Assembly (NCBI GenBank): GCA_030612175.1
Contig: JAUWOJ010000002.1
Coordinates: 1 to 42,404 of the forward strand
Direction of reading: 5' to 3'
Length of the DNA: 42,404 nucleotides
Source of the DNA: Candidatus Bipolaricaulota bacterium
Lineage (GTDB): Bacteria > Bipolaricaulota > Bipolaricaulia > UBA7950 > UBA9294
The notes beneath the pieces are model-generated. The model had not been told where the DNA came from. It was given only the letters and a program-made list of their open reading frames with translations, and made no database searches. Both the position numbers and the translations under genes were made by a program. Position 1 is the stretch's first letter. Every line of letters begins with the position of its first letter. Shown here in pieces: positions 20,790 to 29,375 of this stretch.

Positions 20790-22238
20790 GTGAAGTTGGA
20801 GGCGATGCCGACACTCAGTGAACTGTCGAGATCTATTGCGCGGGCACCTTGTTTAGCCTGGGACGAAGTAATCATCTCAGGAATTACGGAGGATTCGCGC
20901 CGTGTCCAATCGGGTTATCTGTTTGTTGCAATCACCGGTTATCTCGACGATGGCCATAGGTACATAGATGAGGCAATTGCGCGAGGGGCATCCGGCGTTG
21001 TCGTTGAGCGAGCCACTACCTGTTCAGTTCCACTAATCTGCGTTAGCGACGCGAGGTTAGCCTTATCATATCTCTCCGCCGCGTTTGCCGGAAATCCAAC
21101 GCGCAAATTGTTCACTGTTGGCGTTACGGGAACAAATGGGAAGACCACAGTATGTCACTTTATTGCGGATGTGCTGGGAGAGGTGAAGACCGCGCTTGTC
21201 ACTACAGTTGCTAACGAACAGCGAAATCTGCATGCGGTTACCACTCCCGGAAGCCCAGCTATCCAACAACTTGCAAAGATCGCGCTACTAGAAGGCAAGG
21301 CGAACTTTGTATTGGAGGTTTCCTCGGCTGGTCTTATCCTCAAACGCGTTGCGGGAGTAGATTTTGATGTTGCCGTATTCACCAATCTTACGCATGATCA
21401 CCTTGACTTCCACATCGATAGAAGACGATATCTAGATGCCAAGCTCCTTTTGTTCCGGAACTTGAAAGTAGGCGCCTGTGCTATCGTCAACATAGATGAT
21501 CCCGCTTCAAAGGAAGTAATAGCCTCTACAAACGCCACAGTGGTAACCTACGGTGTTCACCGTAGCGCAGATTTTCGAGCGACGAATATCTCCTATGACC
21601 CCCAGCGAACAGTATTTACACTCCACGCCAACAACAACAAAGTAATTACAGAATTACATCTTCCTGGAGAACACAACGTGTACAATGCTGTTGCAGCAGC
21701 AGCAGCAGGCTCTGCTCAAGGGATGTCCCTGCAAGCGATTTCGCGCGCGCTTGGAGAAACTCATGGTGTTCCAGGTCGCTATCAGTTCTTTCGAGCGAAT
21801 AATGGGGCAACTGTAGTTGTCGATTTTGCCCATAGCCCCGATGCTCTGGAGAAGATGCTCCAATCACTTCGCCCATTTCACAGGAAAGTCATATGTGTCT
21901 TTGGCTGTGGTGGCGAGTGCGATGCGGAGAAACGCCCTATGATGGGGAAGATCAGTGGAGAACTTGCTGATTTTACTATTCTTACAAATGATAACCCAAA
22001 AACAGAAGATAGAGAAGAAATCATTGCTCAGATTGAGAAAGGTATACAGACAACTACTGGCGTGTATGAGAAGATTGTGAGCCGTCGTCAAGCCATTCGC
22101 CGGGCCATTACTATTGCCGCATCAGGCGATGTAGTCCTGCTTGCTGGTAAAGGGCACGAACCTTATCAGATTGTTGGGCATGAGTTTGTTCCTTACAGCG
22201 ATGCTGCTTTCTTGCGGGAAGAACAGCTAGCAGAGTGA
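20790..22238 (+). CDS. murE: UDP-N-acetylmuramoyl-L-alanyl-D-glutamate--2,6-diaminopimelate ligase-type MurE
   Basis: GVTGTNGKTT P-loop, Mur ligase middle and C-terminal domains, and a DNPK motif at the DNPR position. The start is either GTG 20790 or ATG 20805; neither is resolved. Confidence 0.92.
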   Translation: MKLEAMPTLSELSRSIARAPCLAWDEVIISGITEDSRRVQSGYLFVAITGYLDDGHRYIDEAIARGASGVVVERATTCSVPLICVSDARLALSYLSAAFAGNPTRKLFTVGVTGTNGKTTVCHFIADVLGEVKTALVTTVANEQRNLHAVTTPGSPAIQQLAKIALLEGKANFVLEVSSAGLILKRVAGVDFDVAVFTNLTHDHLDFHIDRRRYLDAKLLLFRNLKVGACAIVNIDDPASKEVIASTNATVVTYGVHRSADFRATNISYDPQRTVFTLHANNNKVITELHLPGEHNVYNAVAAAAAGSAQGMSLQAISRALGETHGVPGRYQFFRANNGATVVVDFAHSPDALEKMLQSLRPFHRKVICVFGCGGECDAEKRPMMGKISGELADFTILTNDNPKTEDREEIIAQIEKGIQTTTGVYEKIVSRRQAIRRAITIAASGDVVLLAGKGHEPYQIVGHEFVPYSDAAFLREEQLAE

Positions 22239-22378
22239 CTGATAAGGAATCTCGCAGTGCCGCGAAGAGCTGTCTGTTGTTGTATTCTGACAGGCAGACA
22301 CAAGAACCGCAGAGAAGACGAGAGAATGAGCATAGGGTTTTGATAGACACACCATAATGCTCTTTTCGTGATAGAATA

Positions 22379-22409
22379 CTGCTTAACCGCGGAGGGCGCG
22401 GAGAAGCAG
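22379..22409. other. 31-nt imperfect hairpin between murE and tRNA-Val (possible terminator for either strand)
   Basis: CTGCTT aa CCGCG gaggg CGCGG ag AAGCAG gives a 6+5 bp stem. No U-tract follows on either strand. Confidence 0.35.
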
Positions 22410-22443
22410 GAGCCAATAACTCTTGGCGAGAAATAGAAGAAAA

Positions 22444-22516
22444 TGGGCGAAGCAGGGCTCGAACCTGCGACCTTTCGGATGTGACCCGAACGCTCTTCCA
22501 GCTGAGCTATTCGCCC
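22444..22516 (-). tRNA. tRNA-Val (anticodon CAC)
   Basis: The reverse complement folds as a cloverleaf: acceptor GGGCGAA/TTCGCCC, D-stem GCTC/GAGC, anticodon stem TTCGG/CCGAA with loop GTCACAT, T-stem GCAGG/CCTGC with loop TTCGAGC, and discriminator A. CCA is not encoded. Confidence 0.9.
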
Positions 22517-22533
22517 AATACTCGTAGTCTATC

Positions 22534-22562
22534 ATTCTAGCGCTGACACTCCGGCGAATCAA
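22534..22562 (-). promoter_or_regulatory. promoter for tRNA-Val (TTGATT-N17-TAGAAT)
   Basis: On the minus strand, TTGATT is at 22562-22557 (overlapping the rng stop codon) and TAGAAT at 22539-22534. This leaves about an 11-nt leader before tRNA position 1. Confidence 0.5.
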
Positions 22563-23803
22563 GGATCAAAGTCGGCGTTCTCCAACATGCCAGCTAGACT
22601 CTCGCCTTCACACTTACGGGTAATCTCCATCAGGCTAAGAGGGGTGAGGTCGATGAAATCAGCGGAGACTCGGTCCTCGTTTAGTACTTCTTTGACTTTG
22701 TCGATCAATTTCTGTACAGCGCTGGGTTCTTCCAGGTCAATGAAGTCAACGATGATTATTCCGCTAATCTTGCGCAACCGCAGCTGTCTCGCGATTTCCT
22801 TCGCTGCTTCCAGATTGGCGTTTAGTATCGCGGCTTGCTGATTTCGATGCCTCACATCAGCCCCACTGTTAACATCGATTACGGTTAGTGCCTCCGTTTC
22901 ATCAATTACTATGAAGCCACCCCCGCTCAGGTCGACGCGGGACGATTGTGTTTCCTGAATTTGCTCTTGTACATGGTAATGCTCGAACAAAGGGGTCTTA
23001 CCTTCATATAATCGGATACGACCTCGATATTCCTCCATATACAGATATCCAAGGAACGAGAGTATCTTCTCGCGGAAGAATGGTGAATCTACAATCACTT
23101 CGCTCACATCAGGAAGAAGCCTATCACGAAGAATTGTTTGTACTAGCCCCGTAGCTTTGTATAGAAGCTTAGGGGAAGACGGGCTCTGAGCTGCTAATTC
23201 AATTGCCTCCCATGTTTCGGCAAGCCATAGATAATCGCGCTCTAGCTCCGCTTTGCTTGCCCATTGAGCAGCGGTGCGTGCAATCAGCCCCTGGCCTTCT
23301 TGCTTCAGGTTTTGTGCAAGCCGTCGCAAGCGCTTATGCAAGTCCACGGACTCGACTCGTCTAGAAATACCAATTCGCTCTTCGTTGGGCAAAAGGATCC
23401 AAAAGCGCCCCGGCAGACTCATTTTAGTCGTTCCTTGTGCATTCTTGGAGCCAATAGCAGCTCGTCTTACTTGCAGAATTACTGATTGGTTGGGCCGCAG
23501 AACCTTGTTGATCGGAATTTCCCGGTTGCGTGCCTTAAGTCCACAACTCAGCAATATAGCAGTGTTAATTTCTCCCTGGGAAAGGAAGAGGCTTTCATTA
23601 ATGCCAACATCAACGAATGCGGATCCCAGACCAGGAAGAACATCCTCTACTCGTCCATTATAGATATTTCCGAGAATCTTCTCTTTCCATTGATGGCCAT
23701 AGTCAATCTCCATTAAGCGATCATCTTCAAGGATCGCTACACGCGTACGCTTGGTGTCATCGCTATTTGAGTCAAGTGAAATCAGGATTCTTTTGCCTTT
23801 AAT
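22559..23803 (-). CDS. rng: ribonuclease G/E-family endoribonuclease (Rng/CafA-like), probable ATT start
   Basis: S1 domain GNIYNGRVEDVLPGLGSAFVDVG and catalytic-core IDVNSG. The conserved N-terminal strand (ILISLDSNSDDTKRTRVAILEDDRLMEI) lies upstream of the first ATG (23713), in frame. No ATG, GTG or TTG occurs before the in-frame TAA at 23825-23827. ATT at 23803-23801 lies 8 nt after AAGGAGG. Confidence 0.85.
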   Translation of the reverse strand: MKGKRILISLDSNSDDTKRTRVAILEDDRLMEIDYGHQWKEKILGNIYNGRVEDVLPGLGSAFVDVGINESLFLSQGEINTAILLSCGLKARNREIPINKVLRPNQSVILQVRRAAIGSKNAQGTTKMSLPGRFWILLPNEERIGISRRVESVDLHKRLRRLAQNLKQEGQGLIARTAAQWASKAELERDYLWLAETWEAIELAAQSPSSPKLLYKATGLVQTILRDRLLPDVSEVIVDSPFFREKILSFLGYLYMEEYRGRIRLYEGKTPLFEHYHVQEQIQETQSSRVDLSGGGFIVIDETEALTVIDVNSGADVRHRNQQAAILNANLEAAKEIARQLRLRKISGIIIVDFIDLEEPSAVQKLIDKVKEVLNEDRVSADFIDLTPLSLMEITRKCEGESLAGMLENADFDP

Positions 23804-24285
23804 TTTGTGACCCTCCTTGTATTGTTAACTTGCGCCAGTATGTCTCTGTAAGTTCTCTTATCTCTTGGATCCTCAACCATAGGGGCTATTTCGACAAGTG
23901 GTAGCAGAACAAACCTCCGTTTGTTCATGCGCGGGTGCGGAATTACAAGGTTGGCTTCTTCAATGACCAGTTCCTTGTACAACAAAATGTCAATATCGAT
24001 TGATCGTGGGCCAAACCTAAGTTTGCTTTCCCTGCGGCCGAGTGTCTGTTCGATCTGCTTGCAGACCGCGAGCAAGTCATGAACTTCAAGATCGGTGTTG
24101 GCCGCAAGGACAACATTCAGAAAATCAGGCTGCTCCTCAACGCCAACTGGTTGTGTTTCGTAGAGGGAAGAACACCGCACGATTTTCAAGCCATTACCGT
24201 GTAATGCGCTGATGGCTCTATCTATTTGCCATTCTCTTCTCCCCAAATTAGATCCCAGGCAGAGAAATACCACATCTCTATTCAT
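23782..24285 (-). CDS. folK: 2-amino-4-hydroxy-6-hydroxymethyldihydropteridine pyrophosphokinase (HPPK)
   Basis: 167 aa. HPPK pattern (VFLCLGSNLG, YETQPVG, RFGPRSIDIDILLY, IPHPRMNKRRFVLLPL). Confidence 0.92.
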   Translation of the reverse strand: MNRDVVFLCLGSNLGRREWQIDRAISALHGNGLKIVRCSSLYETQPVGVEEQPDFLNVVLAANTDLEVHDLLAVCKQIEQTLGRRESKLRFGPRSIDIDILLYKELVIEEANLVIPHPRMNKRRFVLLPLVEIAPMVEDPRDKRTYRDILAQVNNTRRVTKLKAKES

Positions 24286-24662
24286 TGTCTTACTCTTACT
24301 AGCTCTATTGCCGCCGATGATACAGCTCCTATTCCGGGAGGACTGAGCTTAGCGAGGTGAAGGGAGAGCTTTGTAATCTTTGGAAAGCGCTCTAGCAGTT
24401 CATTCACGATTGCATCAGCAAAGGTCTCGATCAGCTTATATTGTTGTGCCTTGTTAACCTTGTGAATGGTTTCTACAACCTGACGGTAATCAATGCTATC
24501 GCTGAGCAGATCGCTTTTGAGCGCACTCCTAAACCTGCCTTCAATCTTAAGATCGACTCGGAAGTCATTGCCATCCTTCCTCTCCTGAGCAGCGTGACCA
24601 TGGAATCCACAAATCTCTATTCCTGTAAGTAGAATGCGAGCCTCATCTTCGATTGTTGTCAC
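24282..24662 (-). CDS. folB: dihydroneopterin aldolase
   Basis: 126 aa. GIEICGFHGHAAQERKDGNDFRVDLKI and DSIDYRQV motifs. The GTG start overlaps the glyS stop (GTGA), and the stop overlaps the folK ATG (ATGA). Confidence 0.88.
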   Translation of the reverse strand: MTTIEDEARILLTGIEICGFHGHAAQERKDGNDFRVDLKIEGRFRSALKSDLLSDSIDYRQVVETIHKVNKAQQYKLIETFADAIVNELLERFPKITKLSLHLAKLSPPGIGAVSSAAIELVRVRQ

Positions 24663-26761
24663 CGTTTCTCCTGTGTAGAAGCAGGGTTGGTTTGGCGAGA
24701 GTCGCTGGTGGTGATCAGTTTGCTTAGATCTCCTATGTGGTAGAAGAGCCTTGCAAGTGCGCCCAGGAAACCTAGTCGGTTCTGCCTAAGACTTACTTCT
24801 TCTGCCATGACTAATACATCTTCAAAGTAGCAATTGATTGGGTCTCTGAGGGATAGTAGCAGCTTGATTCCCTGTTCGTAGTTTCCTTCCTCAAGAAGAC
24901 TGGTCAGTGAACCTTCCACCTTCAAGTATTCTCTCCATAATGCTTTCTCGGCCTCGGATTTGAACAACGATGGGTTGAAGTCCGTCTCAGCGCTATTCTT
25001 TGTTATGTTACATACCCGAGAAAAAGCGGCAATCAGTGAATGAAAGTCCTTGCTTTCGTGCCAGGTTGTGACCGCTCGGGCTCGGAGAAAGATGTGGTAG
25101 AAATTGCCGCCTGTTACTGCAGCAACACAGGCAACTACGTCGGGTCCGATTCCATACTTCTGCCGTAGAAGGTGCGCTACTCGTCCACTGATAAACCGTC
25201 TTACATCAGATATAGCGCCATTCCGTTCCATTACTAGATATGTCTCCTCGAGACTTTCAAGTAGCTCAAAGAAGTCTAGGTCCACTTTGCCCTCAATAGC
25301 CAAACGAATCAGGCCATTTGCTTGCCGCCTTATTCCGTAGGGATCGCGAGAGCCTGTTGGCTGCTCTCCAACAAGAACTGCGGCAATGACAGTATCTAGT
25401 TTGTCAGCCAAGGCTACTATAGTTCCCACTCTACTTTTCGGCAAACTGGCTTCGCTAGATATCGGGAAATAGTGCTCAGAAATCGCTTCTGCAACATCAT
25501 TCGACTCATCGTCAAGCCGTGCGTAAAGTCCTCCGGCTATTCCCTGTAATTCGGGGAATGCCTGCACCAACTCAGTAACAAGATCGGCCTTGCACAAGAA
25601 AGCAGCGCGATCAACTTCCTGGCCTAAGCCATCTCCAGTATGATCAGCTATCGCACCTGCTAGAGCACGAATTCTCTCCACCTTTTCCCATAGGGACCCA
25701 AGCCGCGCATCATAGACCATATTGTGTAAGTCTCGCACCTTTTCTGCCAGCGTACTCTGGCGATCCCTGTCAAAGAAGAAACGAGAATCACCCAGTCTGG
25801 CCTGTACAACTCGTTCGTAGCCAGCGCGTACAATTCCCTCTTTATCAGGCATTCCATCACGAAACCCCATGAAGCATGGAGAGGTACCATCCGCAAGAGA
25901 GAATGGGACAAACTTTCCCTCTTCCCGCAAGGTAGCATGTACGATTTCCGTTGGTAAACTGAGAAACTCCTCTGAGATACTGCCAAAGATCGGAGTAGGA
26001 TGTTCTGTTCCGTTGACAATACGGCTGAGAAGCTCGTTATCAACAAGGTAATCCGCACCGAGCCTATCTGCTTGTTCCCTGAGCGCATCCAGAACCATGG
26101 TCTGCCTCTCCCCTGGATCCACTACGACTAAGGAGTCCGCCAGGGTTTGCACGTAGCTTGTGGCCCCATCAAGAACGACCTCCTCTTGTTTCAAGAACCG
26201 ATGACCATAGGTCTTTCTTCCGGCGCGAAGGTACCCCAGCTCTATGGGGATGAGCTTGTCGTCATAAAGACAAACAAGCCACCGAAGTGGACGAATGAAA
26301 GACAGGCCAGAGGAGTCCCATCGCATCGTCTTCTTGGGATGCAAATCCATGATAATCCTAGGGAGGATAGCAAGTAGCACTTCAGACGTTTCCTTACCGG
26401 GGATCGACCGCTTGACAGATGTATAGATCTTAGCACCATACTTGACTTGCCCCAGTTCTCTTACTGTCACTCCTTGACTCTGCGCGAAACCAATTCCTGC
26501 TTGTGTAGCGCACCCTTCAGAGTCGAATGCAACAGCTGTTGGTGGCCCCTTTATACTCCTCACTCGTTCTTCTTGTTGTGTCTTAAGGTCGCGCACAAGT
26601 ACGGCAAGACGTCGTGGCGTGTAGTACACATCAATCTGTCGATAGGATAAAGCCTCCTGAGTGAATACCTTGCTTGTCGTAGCATGAAGTTCCTGCGCAA
26701 GACAAGGAATATCTAATGCAGGCATCTCCTCTACGCCAATCTCAAGTAGTAGGGTAGGCAT
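24659..26761 (-). CDS. glyS: glycyl-tRNA synthetase beta subunit
   Basis: 700 aa. The N-terminus MPTLLLEIGVEEMPA and overall length are typical of bacterial GlyS. It directly follows glyQ with a 20-nt overlap. Confidence 0.95.
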   Translation of the reverse strand: MPTLLLEIGVEEMPALDIPCLAQELHATTSKVFTQEALSYRQIDVYYTPRRLAVLVRDLKTQQEERVRSIKGPPTAVAFDSEGCATQAGIGFAQSQGVTVRELGQVKYGAKIYTSVKRSIPGKETSEVLLAILPRIIMDLHPKKTMRWDSSGLSFIRPLRWLVCLYDDKLIPIELGYLRAGRKTYGHRFLKQEEVVLDGATSYVQTLADSLVVVDPGERQTMVLDALREQADRLGADYLVDNELLSRIVNGTEHPTPIFGSISEEFLSLPTEIVHATLREEGKFVPFSLADGTSPCFMGFRDGMPDKEGIVRAGYERVVQARLGDSRFFFDRDRQSTLAEKVRDLHNMVYDARLGSLWEKVERIRALAGAIADHTGDGLGQEVDRAAFLCKADLVTELVQAFPELQGIAGGLYARLDDESNDVAEAISEHYFPISSEASLPKSRVGTIVALADKLDTVIAAVLVGEQPTGSRDPYGIRRQANGLIRLAIEGKVDLDFFELLESLEETYLVMERNGAISDVRRFISGRVAHLLRQKYGIGPDVVACVAAVTGGNFYHIFLRARAVTTWHESKDFHSLIAAFSRVCNITKNSAETDFNPSLFKSEAEKALWREYLKVEGSLTSLLEEGNYEQGIKLLLSLRDPINCYFEDVLVMAEEVSLRQNRLGFLGALARLFYHIGDLSKLITTSDSRQTNPASTQEKR

Positions 26762-27605
26762 CGATTCCTCCCGTTCCCAAATAACCCTGTGCGCATGCCT
26801 TGGCTAGTTCACGAATTCGGGCGATAAAGCTCTCTCTCTCCGTAATGCTAATCGCGTGGCGAGCATCTAGAATGTTGAATAGGTGCGAACACTTCAGCGC
26901 ATAGTCGTAAGCAGGGAAGACCAGCCCGGCCACAAGACTGGCCTGACACTCTTCTTCACAAAGGGTGAACATCTTCTGGATACGCTCTACTGCTGCCGAC
27001 TCAAAATTGTAGATGGAGAACTGCCTCTCTTTTTCCCGCCACAAGGTGCCATAGGCTATCCTATCATTCCACCTGAGGTCATAAGCGCTTTCTACGCCCT
27101 GCAAAACCATGGCAATCCTTTCCAATCCATAGGTTAACTCCACTGAAACAGGATCGAGACTGACCCCCGCCATCTGCTGGAAGTAGGTAAACTGGCTGAT
27201 CTCCATCTCATCAAGACAGACTTGCCACCCCACACCCCATGCTGCAAGTGTTGGTGATTCCCAGTCATCTTCGGCGAACTTGACATCATGCTCAGCCAGG
27301 TTCATTCCCAACGCTTCCAGGCTATCCAAGTACATTTGCTGAATATTGCTCGGGGGCGGTTTGAGAACTGCCTGGTATTGGTGATGTAGTCGTAGGCGGA
27401 TTGGATTCTTCCCGTATCGTCCATCTGTTGGCCGCCGACTTGGCTCCAAGTATCCAACTCTCAATGCATCGGGTCCAAGTGTCCCGAAGAAAGTGGCAGG
27501 ATTGAATGTCCCGGCACCGGTCTCTACATCGTAGGGGTGGAGAATCAAACATCCATGACCGCGCCAGAAGTTGTGTAAGCGGAGTACAATGTCCTGAAAA
27601 TCCAT
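26742..27605 (-). CDS. glyQ: glycyl-tRNA synthetase alpha subunit
   Basis: 287 aa. FQDIVLRLHNFWRGHGCLILHPYDVETGAGTFNPATFF is highly conserved GlyQ sequence. Confidence 0.97.
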   Translation of the reverse strand: MDFQDIVLRLHNFWRGHGCLILHPYDVETGAGTFNPATFFGTLGPDALRVGYLEPSRRPTDGRYGKNPIRLRLHHQYQAVLKPPPSNIQQMYLDSLEALGMNLAEHDVKFAEDDWESPTLAAWGVGWQVCLDEMEISQFTYFQQMAGVSLDPVSVELTYGLERIAMVLQGVESAYDLRWNDRIAYGTLWREKERQFSIYNFESAAVERIQKMFTLCEEECQASLVAGLVFPAYDYALKCSHLFNILDARHAISITERESFIARIRELAKACAQGYLGTGGIDAYPTT

Positions 27606-27606
27606 C

Positions 27607-27969
27607 TTAGTTCTCGCTTGCTTCTTGTTTACTCAGCTCCGCCAGAGTTGCAAATACTTTTGTGTCGCGCACGGCGATATCAGCAAGCATCTTACGGTTA
27701 AGCTGGATGTCTCTCCTTCTAAGGCCACCGATAAGCGTTGAATAGGAAATACCATTCAATTTGGCGGCAGCACTGATTCTTTCGATCCATAATCGGCGGA
27801 AATCCCGTTTACGGCGACGCCGATCAATATAGCTGTTACGGAGGGCCTTCATTACTGCTTGTTTAGCAATGCGATGACATGTTCCTCTTTTCCCCTTGAA
27901 TCCCTTAGCACGGGCGATTATCTTTTTGCGGCTTTCCTTGCGTTTATTGCCTCTACGCACTCGTGGCAT
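27607..27969 (-). CDS. rplT: 50S ribosomal protein L20
   Basis: [28 protein letters not shown] is the canonical L20 start. The second of two tandem ATGs is chosen because AGGAGG lies 5 nt upstream of it. Confidence 0.96.
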   Translation of the reverse strand: MPRVRRGNKRKESRKKIIARAKGFKGKRGTCHRIAKQAVMKALRNSYIDRRRRKRDFRRLWIERISAAAKLNGISYSTLIGGLRRRDIQLNRKMLADIAVRDTKVFATLAELSKQEASEN

Positions 27970-27989
27970 CATATCCTCCTGCGACCATT

Positions 27990-28184
27990 CTAGTTACCGA
28001 TCATCTTCCTGATCACTTTTGTCTGTCCGCCTTTAAGTTCTTTAGCTTGTCGTGCTTGCCGTGTAGCTTTCGATCGCTTCTTCGTGTTCTTGTGAAAGTA
28101 ATTGGACATATGGTGGAATATCCTACCTTTACTTGAGAGCTTGAAACGCTTCCTTACTCCACGGTGTGTCTTCTGTTTTGGCAT
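27990..28184 (-). CDS. rpmI: 50S ribosomal protein L35
   Basis: 64 aa and very basic ([20 protein letters not shown]). It sits in the conserved position between infC and rplT. Confidence 0.95.
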   Translation of the reverse strand: MPKQKTHRGVRKRFKLSSKGRIFHHMSNYFHKNTKKRSKATRQARQAKELKGGQTKVIRKMIGN

Positions 28185-28196
28185 TTTCTGCTCTCC

Positions 28197-28706
28197 TCAT
28201 TTTTGTTGGTCAACGGGAACAAGCAACATTTGCAGGACTTTGTTCTTTTGCGAAGGTCGGTGATCTAGTTTAGCGATATCACTTACTATCTCTGCCACCT
28301 TGTCCATCAATGCATGTCCGCGATCAGCATGTACTATTTCTCTTCCTCGGAAGAAAATGCTTACCCGCACCTGGTTCCCAGCAGATAGAAATGTACGTAC
28401 ACGACGCATTTTGGTCTCGAAGTCGTGATTTCCTATCTTGATAGTAAACTTTACTTCTTTCAGACGGGTTTGGCGCTTTTGTTTCCGTTGGCGTTTTTCC
28501 TGACGATAGTGGTGTTTGCCATAATCAACAACTTTACACACTGTGGGCTTAGTAGCGGAAGCGATCTCGACCAAATCAAGCCCCTTAGCTTTTGCTTGCG
28601 CCAACGCTGTCTCTATCGACACTATTCCAAGATTCTCACCATTTTCAGCAATGAGCCGAACCTCTTTCTCTCTGATCTGCTCGTTCACTCTCATGCTTCC
28701 TTTTAT
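28197..28706 (-). CDS. infC: translation initiation factor IF-3, probable ATA start
   Basis: NEQIREKEVRLIAENGENLGIV and the C-domain match IF3. GGGGAGG lies 5 nt upstream of in-frame ATA (28706-28704) but 17 nt upstream of the first ATG (28694). If the ATG is used instead, the gene is 28197-28694. Confidence 0.9.
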   Translation of the reverse strand: MKGSMRVNEQIREKEVRLIAENGENLGIVSIETALAQAKAKGLDLVEIASATKPTVCKVVDYGKHHYRQEKRQRKQKRQTRLKEVKFTIKIGNHDFETKMRRVRTFLSAGNQVRVSIFFRGREIVHADRGHALMDKVAEIVSDIAKLDHRPSQKNKVLQMLLVPVDQQK

Positions 28707-28748
28707 CTCTGCCTCCCCTGCTGTTTATGAATTATTCTGTTGCCCTTT

Positions 28749-29375
28749 CTAGCATAGCTTAGCCAGTTCCTTATTCTGATACAAACCACGCTCTTCAATA
28801 TAGGTAGCCACGATCGGCGGCACGCATTCTGTGATAGATTCTCCGTGAAGTACTCGCTCGCGTATCCAGGTTGAGGAAAGGTCTATCTCCTCCATTTCGA
28901 GGAAATGTATCTCTGCTTCGTGAAATGGTGGTCGCGAGAACACTTCTTGCTTGACATCATCTCGCGGCGCGACCACAAACGGAATAGCTTTTAGCAAAGC
29001 TTCCGGTTCCCTCCATGTGTTAATTTGCACAAGGAGGTCTGCTCCAACAATAAAACAGAGCCTCTCTGAACAACTCGTCTTCATAGCGCGGATTGTGTCA
29101 ACGGTATACGCCGGTCCAGCACGATCGATCTCAATCCGCGAAAGAGAAAACTTTGGGTAAGGTGCAATTGCCTCCCTTACCATCGCGTAGCGTAGCTCTT
29201 TACCAGTCCCAAATGCGACTTTCTTGTGTGGCGGAATGCCACTAGGGATAAACACTATTTTAGATAACGACAGCTCGCGAAGTGCTTGTTGCGCCACAAG
29301 CAAATGCGCATTGTGAAAGGGATTAAATGTTCCTCCAAACAGCCCGATTCTAGTCGCGAAACTCAAGTTCAACAT
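28749..29375 (-). CDS. nadD: nicotinate-nucleotide adenylyltransferase
   Basis: 208 aa. GLFGGTFNPFHNAHL (the (H/T)xxH nucleotidyltransferase motif) and a C-terminal ISST-like motif SSTWIRE. Confidence 0.92.
   Translation of the reverse strand: MLNLSFATRIGLFGGTFNPFHNAHLLVAQQALRELSLSKIVFIPSGIPPHKKVAFGTGKELRYAMVREAIAPYPKFSLSRIEIDRAGPAYTVDTIRAMKTSCSERLCFIVGADLLVQINTWREPEALLKAIPFVVAPRDDVKQEVFSRPPFHEAEIHFLEMEEIDLSSTWIRERVLHGESITECVPPIVATYIEERGLYQNKELAKLC

Noticed and set aside
22239-22562. tRNA-Val as an integration hotspot or genomic island boundary.
   Set aside because: There is no integrase, no direct repeat of the tRNA 3' end, and the flanking genes (murE, rng) are core housekeeping genes.
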